Part shown: piece by piece, positions 8,761-16,204 of the stretch
How the letters are laid out: each line of letters opens with the position of its first letter
Position numbering within the stretch: the first letter of the stretch is position 1
Assembly: GCA_963761425.1 (NCBI GenBank)
Contig: CAVXGQ010000003.1
Coordinates: 36,501 to 100,500, forward strand
From: an uncultured Acidimicrobiaceae bacterium
Lineage (GTDB): Bacteria; Actinomycetota; Acidimicrobiia; Acidimicrobiales; Bog-793
DNA: 64,000 nt
Direction: 5' to 3'
Position numbers and translations under genes: made by a program
The notes under the pieces: generated by a model
The model's database searches: none
What the model saw: only the letters and a program-made list of their open reading frames with translations
What the model was told of the DNA's origin: nothing

Positions 8761-10352
8761 TGGTCGCCGTCCCGAAGGGTCCCGGCCACCTCCTGCTGGT
8801 CGGAATGATGGGAACCGGCAAGTCCTCGACGGGCCGGCGGCTCGCCGAGGTGCTCGACCGGCCCTTCGTCGACACCGACGAGGAGATCGTCGCGGCCACC
8901 GGGAGGACCATCCCGGAGATCTGGTCCACCGAGGGAGAGAAAAAGATGCGGGCCGTCGAGTCGGCCGTCCTCGCCGAGACGCTTGCTTCCCCGTCCCCCC
9001 TGGTCATCGCGGTCGGCGGTGGCGCGGTGCTCGATCCGGCGAACCGTGCCGCCCTCGCCCGAGCGGGAGAGGTCGTCTGGCTGCGAGCCGCGGTGGCCAC
9101 GCTCGCCGCCCGCCTCGGAGACGGCGACGGCCGTCCGTTGCTCCACCCGGACGCCGCCGGGGCGCTCGAGCGGATGGAGCCGGCGCGCCGACCGCTCTAC
9201 GAGGAGGTGGCCGACTTCACCGTCGACGTCGACGACTTCGAGCCCGACGCCACGGTGACCGCCGTTCTCGGGGCGATCCAGCGTCGCATCGGGGTAGCCC
9301 TGGCGGAGCACCCCTATGAGGTCGTCGTCGGACCCGGGGCGCGGCAGCTGGTCCGATCGGTCATCCCCCCGGGGGCTTCCCGGGCGGCCCTGGTCACGCA
9401 AGCCGGCGTAAACGTGCGGGTGGCGACGGGCTTGGACGAGGCCGAGTTCACCATCGGCCTCGGCGAATCGGCGAAGTCCTTTGGCACCGTCGAGGAACTG
9501 TGCCGGGGCTTCGCACGGGCGGGACTGACCCGAGCCGACGTCGTGGTGGCCGTCGGGGGCGGCGTCGTCACCGACGTCGCCGGTTTCGCTGCTTCCTGCT
9601 ATCACCGCGGGCTGGCGGTGATCCAGGTGCCTACGACGCTGCTCGCCCAGGTGGATGCCGCGATCGGCGGCAAGACCGGAGTCAACCTGCCGGAGGGAAA
9701 GAACCTCGCCGGGTCGTTCTGGCAGCCGTGCGCGGTCCTCTGTGATCCCGATACGCTGTCGTCGCTGCCGGCTCGGGAATGGAGATCAGGCTTCGGCGAG
9801 ATGGCCAAGTACGAGTGTCTCGGCCTCGCCGACCTCGCCGGGCGGTCACTGGTCGACCAGATCGCCTCCTGCGTCGCGGCGAAGGCGGCGATCGTCGCCG
9901 TGGACGAGCGTGACGCGGGCCACCGGATGATCCTCAACTACGGCCACACCTTGGCCCACGCCCTCGAGGCGATGGGGTTCGCCGGTGGCGAAGGGAGCGA
10001 GGCGTCGATCCGGCACGGTGAAGCCGTCGCCGTCGGGCTCGTCTTCGCGGCCCGGCTGGCGGCGGAGCTCGGGCGGATCGGAGCCGCCGAGGTCAGCCGT
10101 CACCTTGCCGCGGTCGAGCGTTACGGGCTCTCCCCGTCGATTCCCGCCGGGGTCTCCCTCGAGGAGCTGTTGGTATTCATGGGGCGGGACAAGAAGACCC
10201 GGACCGGGCTGAGCTTCGTCCTCGCCGGTCCCCGCGGCGTCGAGCTGGTTCCCGACGTCGCGCCCGAAGCCGTGCGGGCGGCGCTCTGCGCGACGCGGGC
10301 CGTCGCGCCCGGAGATGCCACGTCGCACCCTGCCAAAGCGAGGACTGCGTGA
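8757..10352 (+). CDS. aroKB: bifunctional shikimate kinase / 3-dehydroquinate synthase (fusion)
   Basis: The N-terminal part has a Walker A (VGMMGTGKSSTGRRLA) and DTDEEI. The C-terminal AroB motifs are GGGVVTDVAGFAASCYHRGLAVIQVPTTLLAQVDAAIGGKTGVN and NYGHTLAHALE. It is one uninterrupted 531-aa frame with a GTGA overlap to aroC. Confidence 0.9.
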   Translation: MMVAVPKGPGHLLLVGMMGTGKSSTGRRLAEVLDRPFVDTDEEIVAATGRTIPEIWSTEGEKKMRAVESAVLAETLASPSPLVIAVGGGAVLDPANRAALARAGEVVWLRAAVATLAARLGDGDGRPLLHPDAAGALERMEPARRPLYEEVADFTVDVDDFEPDATVTAVLGAIQRRIGVALAEHPYEVVVGPGARQLVRSVIPPGASRAALVTQAGVNVRVATGLDEAEFTIGLGESAKSFGTVEELCRGFARAGLTRADVVVAVGGGVVTDVAGFAASCYHRGLAVIQVPTTLLAQVDAAIGGKTGVNLPEGKNLAGSFWQPCAVLCDPDTLSSLPAREWRSGFGEMAKYECLGLADLAGRSLVDQIASCVAAKAAIVAVDERDAGHRMILNYGHTLAHALEAMGFAGGEGSEASIRHGEAVAVGLVFAARLAAELGRIGAAEVSRHLAAVERYGLSPSIPAGVSLEELLVFMGRDKKTRTGLSFVLAGPRGVELVPDVAPEAVRAALCATRAVAPGDATSHPAKARTA

Positions 10353-10801
10353 CCGAACCTGTCGTCTTGTTGCTCTCGGGCCCGAACCTTGGACTGCTCG
10401 GAGAACGCGAGCCGTCCATTTACGGCACCGCGACGCTCGCCGATCACGTCGCACGGGCCGAAGGGGTGGCGCGCCGCCACGGCTTCCGGTTCGAGCACCT
10501 CCAGAGCGAGCACGAGGGTGATCTCGTCGAGGCGGTGCACCGCGCGCGCCACCGGGTGGCGGCGATCGTGGTGAACGCCGGTGCCCTGTCGCACTACGGT
10601 TGGTCGCTCCACGATGCGCTGGCGGCTTACGAAGGGAAGGTGATCGAGCTTCACCTCTCGCTTCCGGACTCGCGGGAGTCCTGGCGCCGCCGCTCGGTCC
10701 TGGCGCCGGTCGCGGACGGCGCGATCGCCGGCTTCGGCGGACTCGGTTATGAACTGGCGATCGAAGCCGCGGTCCGGCTGGTGAAAGAAGGGGAGGTGTA
10801 G
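10349..10801 (+). CDS. aroQ: type II 3-dehydroquinate dehydratase
   Basis: VVLLLSGPNLGLLGEREPSIYG...HLQSEHEGDLVEAVH...NAGALSHY; GTGA overlap with the previous gene. Confidence 0.95.
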   Translation: MTEPVVLLLSGPNLGLLGEREPSIYGTATLADHVARAEGVARRHGFRFEHLQSEHEGDLVEAVHRARHRVAAIVVNAGALSHYGWSLHDALAAYEGKVIELHLSLPDSRESWRRRSVLAPVADGAIAGFGGLGYELAIEAAVRLVKEGEV

Positions 10802-10803
10802 GG

Positions 10804-11937
10804 ATGGCCGTGGAGGTGATCAGGGAGGTGGGGGAGACGGGAGCGGCGCCACTCGCCCCCATGGATCTTCCCTTACGACTCGTCCGGCTGCGGGAGCTTC
10901 TCGGCAAGGAACGCCTCAGCGGGATGCTCGTCACCTCGCTCAGCAACGTCCGCTACCTGAGCGGGTTCTCCGGGTCGAGCGCCATGCTGCTCGTGACGGC
11001 GCGGCACACCCTGCTGGTCACCGACGGGCGCTACCGGGACCAGGCGGCGGCCCAGCTGGCGGCGGCCGGTGTCAAGGTCGATCTCGAGGTCGTCGGCCGG
11101 ACGAAGCAGATCGACTCGATCGTGCGAGCGACCCGCGGCTTGGCTCAGCTCGGCCTCGAGGCCAAGGCGGTGAGCTGGTCGTTCCAGGCCGAGCTCGCCG
11201 GCGCCCTGAAGCCCGCGCTGGTGGCAACCTCGGGTCTCGTCGAGGCGATCCGGCTGGTGAAGGACCCCGGAGAGATCGCCCGGATCGAACGGGCCTGCGA
11301 GATCGCCGACGTCGCGTTGGCGCAGACCAAGCCGCGACTCACCGAGGGCGTGACCGAGGCGCAGTTCGCGGCGGAGCTCGATTTCGAGATGCGCCAGCGG
11401 GGAGCTGCCGGTCCTTCGTTCGACACCATCGTCGCCAGCGGGCCGAGGGGCGCCATGCCGCACGCCCAACCGACGGATCGGGCCATCCTGCCCGGCGAAC
11501 TGGTGGTCGTGGACTTCGGTGCTCTGTTCGACGGCTATCACTCCGACATGACCCGGACGATCTGTGTCGGGGATCCGTCGGCTTCGGACGCCGAGCTTTT
11601 GGGTGCGGTGGCGGCCTCGCAACGGGCGGGGCTGATCGCGGTGGCGGCCGGCGTCACCGGGGGCGAGGTCGATGCCGCTTGCCGGAAGTCGCTCGAGGAG
11701 GCGGGCTTCGGCGGGGCCTTCACGCACTCGACCGGTCACGGAGTCGGCCTCGACGTCCACGAGGCACCGACGCTCGCCGCGGGATCCGAGGACGAGCTGC
11801 CGGAAGGCACCGTCGTCACCGTCGAGCCCGGGGCGTATCTCGTCGAACACGGCGGGGTCCGCATCGAAGACACCGTGGTGGTGACGGCCGCTGGCTGCCG
11901 TCCGCTCACCAAGACGACGAAGGATTACACGATCTGA
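10804..11937 (+). CDS. M24-family Xaa-Pro aminopeptidase
   Basis: 377 aa with creatinase-like N-domain and M24 metal ligand context ([49 protein letters not shown]). It sits in the conserved position upstream of efp. Confidence 0.9.
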   Translation: MAVEVIREVGETGAAPLAPMDLPLRLVRLRELLGKERLSGMLVTSLSNVRYLSGFSGSSAMLLVTARHTLLVTDGRYRDQAAAQLAAAGVKVDLEVVGRTKQIDSIVRATRGLAQLGLEAKAVSWSFQAELAGALKPALVATSGLVEAIRLVKDPGEIARIERACEIADVALAQTKPRLTEGVTEAQFAAELDFEMRQRGAAGPSFDTIVASGPRGAMPHAQPTDRAILPGELVVVDFGALFDGYHSDMTRTICVGDPSASDAELLGAVAASQRAGLIAVAAGVTGGEVDAACRKSLEEAGFGGAFTHSTGHGVGLDVHEAPTLAAGSEDELPEGTVVTVEPGAYLVEHGGVRIEDTVVVTAAGCRPLTKTTKDYTI

Positions 11938-12497
11938 TGGCCCTGTCGACGAACGATCTGAAAAACGGGATGGCCCTCGACCTGTCCGACGGACTGTTCG
12001 AGGTGGTCGAGTTCCAGCACGTGAAGCCCGGCAAGGGTGGTGCCTTCGTGCGCACCAAGCTCCGCAACCTCCGGAACAAGGCGGTGATCGAGCGGACCTT
12101 CCGCGCCGACGAGCGGGTGGAGCAGGCGGTGATCGACAAGCGCGAGATGCAGTTCCTCTACCGCGACGGGACCGACTACGTGTTCATGGACAACGTCTCG
12201 TATGACCAGATGACCGTGTCTGCCGCCACCTTGGGGAACGTCGCACCGTTCTTGAAGGTGGGGAACTCGGTCATTCTGGCGCTGCACGAGACGGAGATCG
12301 TCGACGTCGAGCTACCGGCGGCCGTCGAGCTGGAAATCACCGACACCGAGCCCGGCATGCAGGGCGACCGGGTCTCCGGCGCGCGCAAACCGGCGACGAC
12401 CGAGACCGGGCTCGTCGTCCAGGTCCCCCTGTTCGTCAACCCGGGCGACCGGATCAAGGTCGACACCCGGTCCGGTGAGTACCTCACCAGGGCGTAG
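11937..12497 (+). CDS. efp: elongation factor P
   Basis: ATG at 11937 shares one nucleotide with the preceding [48 protein letters not shown]. The listed ORF from 11679 is an upstream extension. Confidence 0.97.
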   Translation: MALSTNDLKNGMALDLSDGLFEVVEFQHVKPGKGGAFVRTKLRNLRNKAVIERTFRADERVEQAVIDKREMQFLYRDGTDYVFMDNVSYDQMTVSAATLGNVAPFLKVGNSVILALHETEIVDVELPAAVELEITDTEPGMQGDRVSGARKPATTETGLVVQVPLFVNPGDRIKVDTRSGEYLTRA

Positions 12498-12507
12498 GCC
12501 GCGGACT

Positions 12508-12915
12508 TTGTCCACCGGCGCCCGCCGTCGGGCGAGGGAGCGGGCACTCGACCTGCTCTATGAGGCCGAGACCAAGGGGATGTCGCCGGAGGCCGTGCTC
12601 GACGCCCTCCCGGTCGCTCCCGATCCCTACGCGGCCGAGCTGGTGCGCGGGGTGGGGGTCCACCTGGCGGCGATCGACGCCCTCGTCGACGCCCACGCCG
12701 CGGCGTGGGCGATCGGGCGGCTGCCCGCCGTCGACCGCCAGCTGCTGCGGATCGCGACGTACGAACTGGTCTTCGGCGGCGGGGTCCCGATGGCCGTGGC
12801 GATCGACGAGGCGGTGGCGCTGGCCCAGGAGTTCTCGACCGAGGAGTCAGGCCGCTACGTGAACGGTGTGCTGGCCGGGATCGCTGCCGACCACGACGCC
12901 ACCGCGGCGCCGTGA
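12508..12915 (+). CDS. nusB: transcription antitermination factor NusB
   Basis: RERALDLLYEAE...RLPAVDRQLLRIATYEL...AIDEAVALAQEFSTEESGRYVNGVL. TTG at 12508 lies 11 nt after the efp stop. GTG at 12475 (listed ORF start) is the alternative. Confidence 0.9.
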   Translation: MSTGARRRARERALDLLYEAETKGMSPEAVLDALPVAPDPYAAELVRGVGVHLAAIDALVDAHAAAWAIGRLPAVDRQLLRIATYELVFGGGVPMAVAIDEAVALAQEFSTEESGRYVNGVLAGIAADHDATAAP

Positions 12916-14012
12916 CGAGACGCGACCCCTACGCCGCGGCGGGTGTCGACTACGCGACGCTCGACGCCGCCAAACGCCGGGCGGTGGCGGCCGCCCGGGC
13001 GACCTCGTCGGGCGCGGCGAGGTGGGGCGCCGGGGTCGACGAGCGAAGCCGTGGCGAGCCGGCCACGGTGGTGAGGTCGGACGACGCGACCTACGGGTTC
13101 GTCTTGGAGTGCCTGGGCACGAAGTCGCTGGTGGCGCGGGACTTCGAGGTGGCGACCGGGATCGATCGGTTTGACGCGATCGGCTATGACACCGTCGCCG
13201 CGGCGGTCAACGACTGCTGCTGCGTCGGCGCCCTGCCGCTCGCCGTCAACGCCTACTTCGCGACCGGCGCGGCGTCCTGGTACGCCGGGACCCGGCATGC
13301 GTCGCTCGTCGACGGGTTCGCCCGGGCGTGCCGCGACTCCGGTGCCGCCTGGGGAGGTGGCGAGTCGCCGACGCTGGCGGGGCTGGTGGCCCCGGACGGG
13401 ATCGACCTCGCGGCGGCGGTGATCGGCCGGGTGCCGACCGGGAGGGAGCCGTGGCTCGGGTCCGAGCTCGAGCCGGGCGACGAGATCGTGCTCGTCGGGT
13501 CGAGTGGCCTCCACCAGAACGGCGCCTCACTGGTGCGCGCCGTCGCCGCCCGCCTCGAGGCCGGACTGGCGACCCCGCTTAGATCCGGCCGGCTCTTCGG
13601 CGACGCGGTGCTAGACGCCGGCGTGATCTACGTCGACCTGGTCGGGCGCCTGTTCGCCGAGGAGGTCGCGGTGCACTACCTCAGCCACATCACCGGGCAC
13701 GGATGGCGCAAGCTGATGCGCGCCGACCGGGATCTCACCTACCGGGTCGAACGGCTGCCCGAAGTCCCGGAAGTGCTGAGGTTTCTCGCCGAACGGGCGG
13801 GCTTGTCGGGCGCCGAGGCCTACGCCACCCTGAACATGGGCGCCGGGCTGGCCTGCTTCGTCGCTTCCGGATCCGGCACCCGGGTGGTGGCGCTGGCGCA
13901 GGAGGTCGGGCTGGCCGCGCTCGTCGCCGGGAAGGTGGAATCGGGGTCGCGCCGGGTCCTCGTGGAGCCGCTCGGCGTCGAGTACCCGGCGGGCGAGCTC
14001 GAACTGCGTTGA
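12912..14012 (+). CDS. AIR synthase-related (PurM-fold) protein of unknown role
   Basis: GTG at 12912 overlaps the nusB stop (GTGA). The 366-aa product has a PurM-like pattern (GIDRFDAIGYDTVAAAVNDCCCVGALPLAV, GGGESPTL, GDEIVLVGSSGLHQNGASL, HITGHGWRKL). Confidence 0.75.
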   Translation: MTRRDPYAAAGVDYATLDAAKRRAVAAARATSSGAARWGAGVDERSRGEPATVVRSDDATYGFVLECLGTKSLVARDFEVATGIDRFDAIGYDTVAAAVNDCCCVGALPLAVNAYFATGAASWYAGTRHASLVDGFARACRDSGAAWGGGESPTLAGLVAPDGIDLAAAVIGRVPTGREPWLGSELEPGDEIVLVGSSGLHQNGASLVRAVAARLEAGLATPLRSGRLFGDAVLDAGVIYVDLVGRLFAEEVAVHYLSHITGHGWRKLMRADRDLTYRVERLPEVPEVLRFLAERAGLSGAEAYATLNMGAGLACFVASGSGTRVVALAQEVGLAALVAGKVESGSRRVLVEPLGVEYPAGELELR

Positions 14013-14036
14013 GGCGTCGCCGGACCGGTCGGTTGG

Positions 14037-14873
14037 TCAAGCGCTCGGTTTGCGGGCCCGGATGAAGGCGCTCATGGCGGCGCCGTCCAGAGCCGCGATC
14101 GCGGCCTCGGCGTCGACCGTGTCCCGGAGCTCGGCGGTGGCGGACACCTCCTCGGCCATGCGGACCAGGCCCTCGCGGTCATAGACGTTGGTGGGCTCGA
14201 CGTCGATCGACTCAAAGCCGGCGCGATCCAGCTCCCACCGATAGTCGGCCTCGGAGAGGGCGCCCGCCAGGCAGCCGGTCCACAGGGCGATCACCCGTCG
14301 GTAGGGCTCGGCGAGCGCCCGGCGCAGGACCACGTCGGCGATCGCCAGGCGTCCGCCGGGGCGTAGTACGCGGAACGCCTCGCGGAATACGGCGGGCTTG
14401 TCGGTCGACAGGTTGACGACGCAGTTGGAGATGATCACGTCGACCGAATCGTCGGGCAGGGGAACCGCCTCGATGGTGCCCTCGAGGAAGGTGGCGTTCG
14501 TCACCCCGGCCTCGGTCTGGTTGCGCCGGGCCAAGGCCAGCATCTCCGGGGTCATGTCCAAGCCATAGGCCATGCCGCCCGGTGCGACCCGGCGAGCCGA
14601 CAGCAGCACGTCGATCCCCCCACCGGAGCCGAGGTCGAGGACGACTTCTCCCGGGCTCAGATCGGCCAAAAGAGTCGGGTTGCCGCAGCCGAGCGAAGCC
14701 GCCAGCGCCCTCTCCGGCAGTACCTCGGCCTCGTCGTCCCCGTAGAGGGTGCGGCCGAAGACGTTCTCGGTCGCGGAGGCCGGCCCGCAGCAACAAGCTC
14801 CGGTCGCCTGGGCCGCTTCGGCGTAACGCGCCCGTACCGCGTCTCTGACTTGGTCTGTCTCGGGTTTGGTCAA
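14037..14873 (-). CDS. arsM: arsenite S-adenosylmethionine methyltransferase
   Basis: TTG start at 14873 with AAGGAG 6 nt upstream. It has a SAM motif (VLDLGSGGGIDV) and the conserved ArsM cysteines (GACCCG, SLGCGNP, ISNCVVNL, WTGCLAG). The listed ORF 14037..15308 is an upstream read-through of the same frame. Confidence 0.85.
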   Translation of the reverse strand: MTKPETDQVRDAVRARYAEAAQATGACCCGPASATENVFGRTLYGDDEAEVLPERALAASLGCGNPTLLADLSPGEVVLDLGSGGGIDVLLSARRVAPGGMAYGLDMTPEMLALARRNQTEAGVTNATFLEGTIEAVPLPDDSVDVIISNCVVNLSTDKPAVFREAFRVLRPGGRLAIADVVLRRALAEPYRRVIALWTGCLAGALSEADYRWELDRAGFESIDVEPTNVYDREGLVRMAEEVSATAELRDTVDAEAAIAALDGAAMSAFIRARKPSA

Positions 14874-14883
14874 CTCGGTCTCC

Positions 14884-15327
14884 TTAGGTTGGCGAACCGT
14901 ATACGCGAGGTCGCCGGGTCGTGGCCCGAAGGCACGAGCCCTCGACAAGAGCCCGCCCACCTGCGTCGATATCGTCTCGGATGGGGCGGACCCCGTCGAG
15001 TCCGAGCCCCTCGGGACCTTTAATCTCCCAGTCCAGGTGGCGTTTTGCCGGGGTGGCGCGCCCGGTGTCACCACCACCCATGGTGACCACGACCCCCGCC
15101 TCGCTTGCAAGCTCTGTGGTGGCCCAGGTCGGCCGTTCGGCGACGAGATCGATGCCGACCTCGCGCCTGGCTTCCACGACCGCCGGGTGCAACCGGTCAG
15201 CCGGTTCGGAACCCGCCGAGCGCACCGTGACCTGGTGGCCGGCACGTCGGGCGAGCAGCGCCACGGCCATCGGTCGTCTACCGGCGTTGTGCGCTCAGTC
15301 GAACCCAATCGCCGACTTCTTGGTCAT
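14884..15327 (-). CDS. arsC: LMW-PTP-type arsenate reductase with in-frame TGA at the P-loop cysteine position (selenocysteine candidate or pseudogene)
   Basis: ATG at 15327 is preceded by GGGAGG. The translation is [46 protein letters not shown]...TMGGGDTGRATPAKRHLDW...VRPIRDDI. The TGA (15297-15295) aligns with the Cys of the CX5R loop (CVHNAGRS in typical actinobacterial ArsC). Confidence 0.6.
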
Positions 15328-15638
15328 GCTGCCTCCCGGAACGGGTTGACGCCTTGTTGCGAGTGGCGCGTGACCATCGGATAGGTGGCGCCACCACCGG
15401 TGGCTGGCCCGCCTTCGACGGTCCCGAATCCCAGGAACCCAACGGTCGGGCTCGGCGTCACATCGGCGGAGGTATCCGGACGCCTCCCTGCAAGGTGGCC
15501 GCCGGGCCCGCGCCGCTCGCCCCGGGGCGATCGGCCCGCCGCCACGGTGCTGGCGCCGACGACGAAGCGCGCCCCCCGCGGAGGTATTCGGCGTGGCCGT
15601 CGGACAGATTGATACATGTCAATATGACAGTCTGGCAT
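15324..15638 (-). CDS. unassigned ORF translationally coupled (ATGA) to arsC
   Basis: 104-aa ORF whose TGA (15326-15324) overlaps the arsC ATG. GC3 is high, but the product is Arg/Gly/Pro-rich with no recognisable family. Its 5' end lies inside the AT-rich operator-like region. Confidence 0.2.
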   Translation of the reverse strand: MPDCHIDMYQSVRRPRRIPPRGARFVVGASTVAAGRSPRGERRGPGGHLAGRRPDTSADVTPSPTVGFLGFGTVEGGPATGGGATYPMVTRHSQQGVNPFREAA

Positions 15639-15658
15639 TCACATTGACGACTGTCAAT
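15608..15658. promoter_or_regulatory. two copies of a 6-4-6 inverted repeat (ATTGAy-N4-GTCAAT) in an AT-rich islet; candidate operator pair of the ars module
   Basis: Site A is ATTGATacatGTCAAT at 15608-15623 and site B is ATTGACgactGTCAAT at 15643-15658, 35 nt centre to centre. TGTCAATAT is repeated at 15617 and 15652. TTGACA is present twice on the minus strand. Confidence 0.45.
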
Positions 15659-15760
15659 ATCGCCAGACGCCGTGACGGGGACCGCAGCCGAGACGCCGCC
15701 CGAGGTGGGGCGAGAGCCGGGCCGCGCCCCGCGACGAGAAGCTGCACGGGAGGCAGACCA

Positions 15761-16000
15761 ATTGCCCAGCTCGCCTCGGTGCTCGGTGTCATAGCGGGCC
15801 GACCCGTTGCGCCGCTCTCGATCATCGCGGCGGGGGAGATCGGACGCGGCAACCTCGATGGGCCACTGGACAAGAGCCGGCCGACGGTCTCGCATCGCGC
15901 CCGCCTGCTGGCCGAAGTGGATCGATCGGGGGACGGAAGTGCGGTGAGTGCACGTGGTGGCTGGTCGTCCCGGAGCGTTTCGCCACGTGTGCCTTTTTCT
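15761..16000 (+). pseudogene. ArsR/SmtB-like HTH remnant, apparently split between two reading frames
   Basis: Frame of ORF 15593 reads [52 protein letters not shown] (compare ..LSLIAAGEVCVCDL...LSQPTVSHHLKVLREAG). A wing-like [21 protein letters not shown] appears in the +2 frame from about 15915. There is no usable start codon after the operator-like repeats. Confidence 0.3.
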
Positions 16001-16181
16001 CGGCGGCAGGTAGGGAGCTCCCGGCGCCGAGGTGCGGGCCCGGGTCGGGTGTCTCGCGCCGACGTCGGGCGCCGAACCCTGGCGGTTTGGTTGGGGTCCC
16101 CGGACCGGGATCCCCGGGTGCTGGCGCGACGGTTGCGTTGCCCGGCGCGAAAAGTGGCATCCTTGAGCGGACGTGAAGCGG

Positions 16182-16203
16182 GTCCCGTGAGGCCCGCACG
16201 GAC
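16182..16203 (+). promoter_or_regulatory. candidate PyrR-binding hairpin ending one nucleotide before a possible pyrR start
   Basis: GTCC-C-GTG AGGCCCG CAC-GGAC forms a stem-loop. The 5' arm and loop, UCCCGUGAGGC, resemble the PyrR binding-loop core UCCAGAGAGGC. ATG at 16205 follows after one nucleotide. Confidence 0.4.
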
Positions 16204-16204
16204 G

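Noticed and set aside
14037-15308. Listed 423-aa ORF spanning arsM and most of arsC.
   Set aside because: Only the last 278 codons are ArsM-like, and they have their own TTG start with AAGGAG. The upstream part is an open non-coding frame that overlaps arsC, which is read in a different frame.
15615-15623. The 9-mer CATGTCAAT (ATTGACATG on the minus strand) is shared by the ars operator-like region and the spacer upstream of the AdoMetDC-like gene (53274-53282).
   Set aside because: A single shared 9-mer containing a -35-like TTGACA, in the two most AT-rich spacers, may simply reflect promoter composition. The second site has no matching inverted partner, so I do not claim a common regulator.
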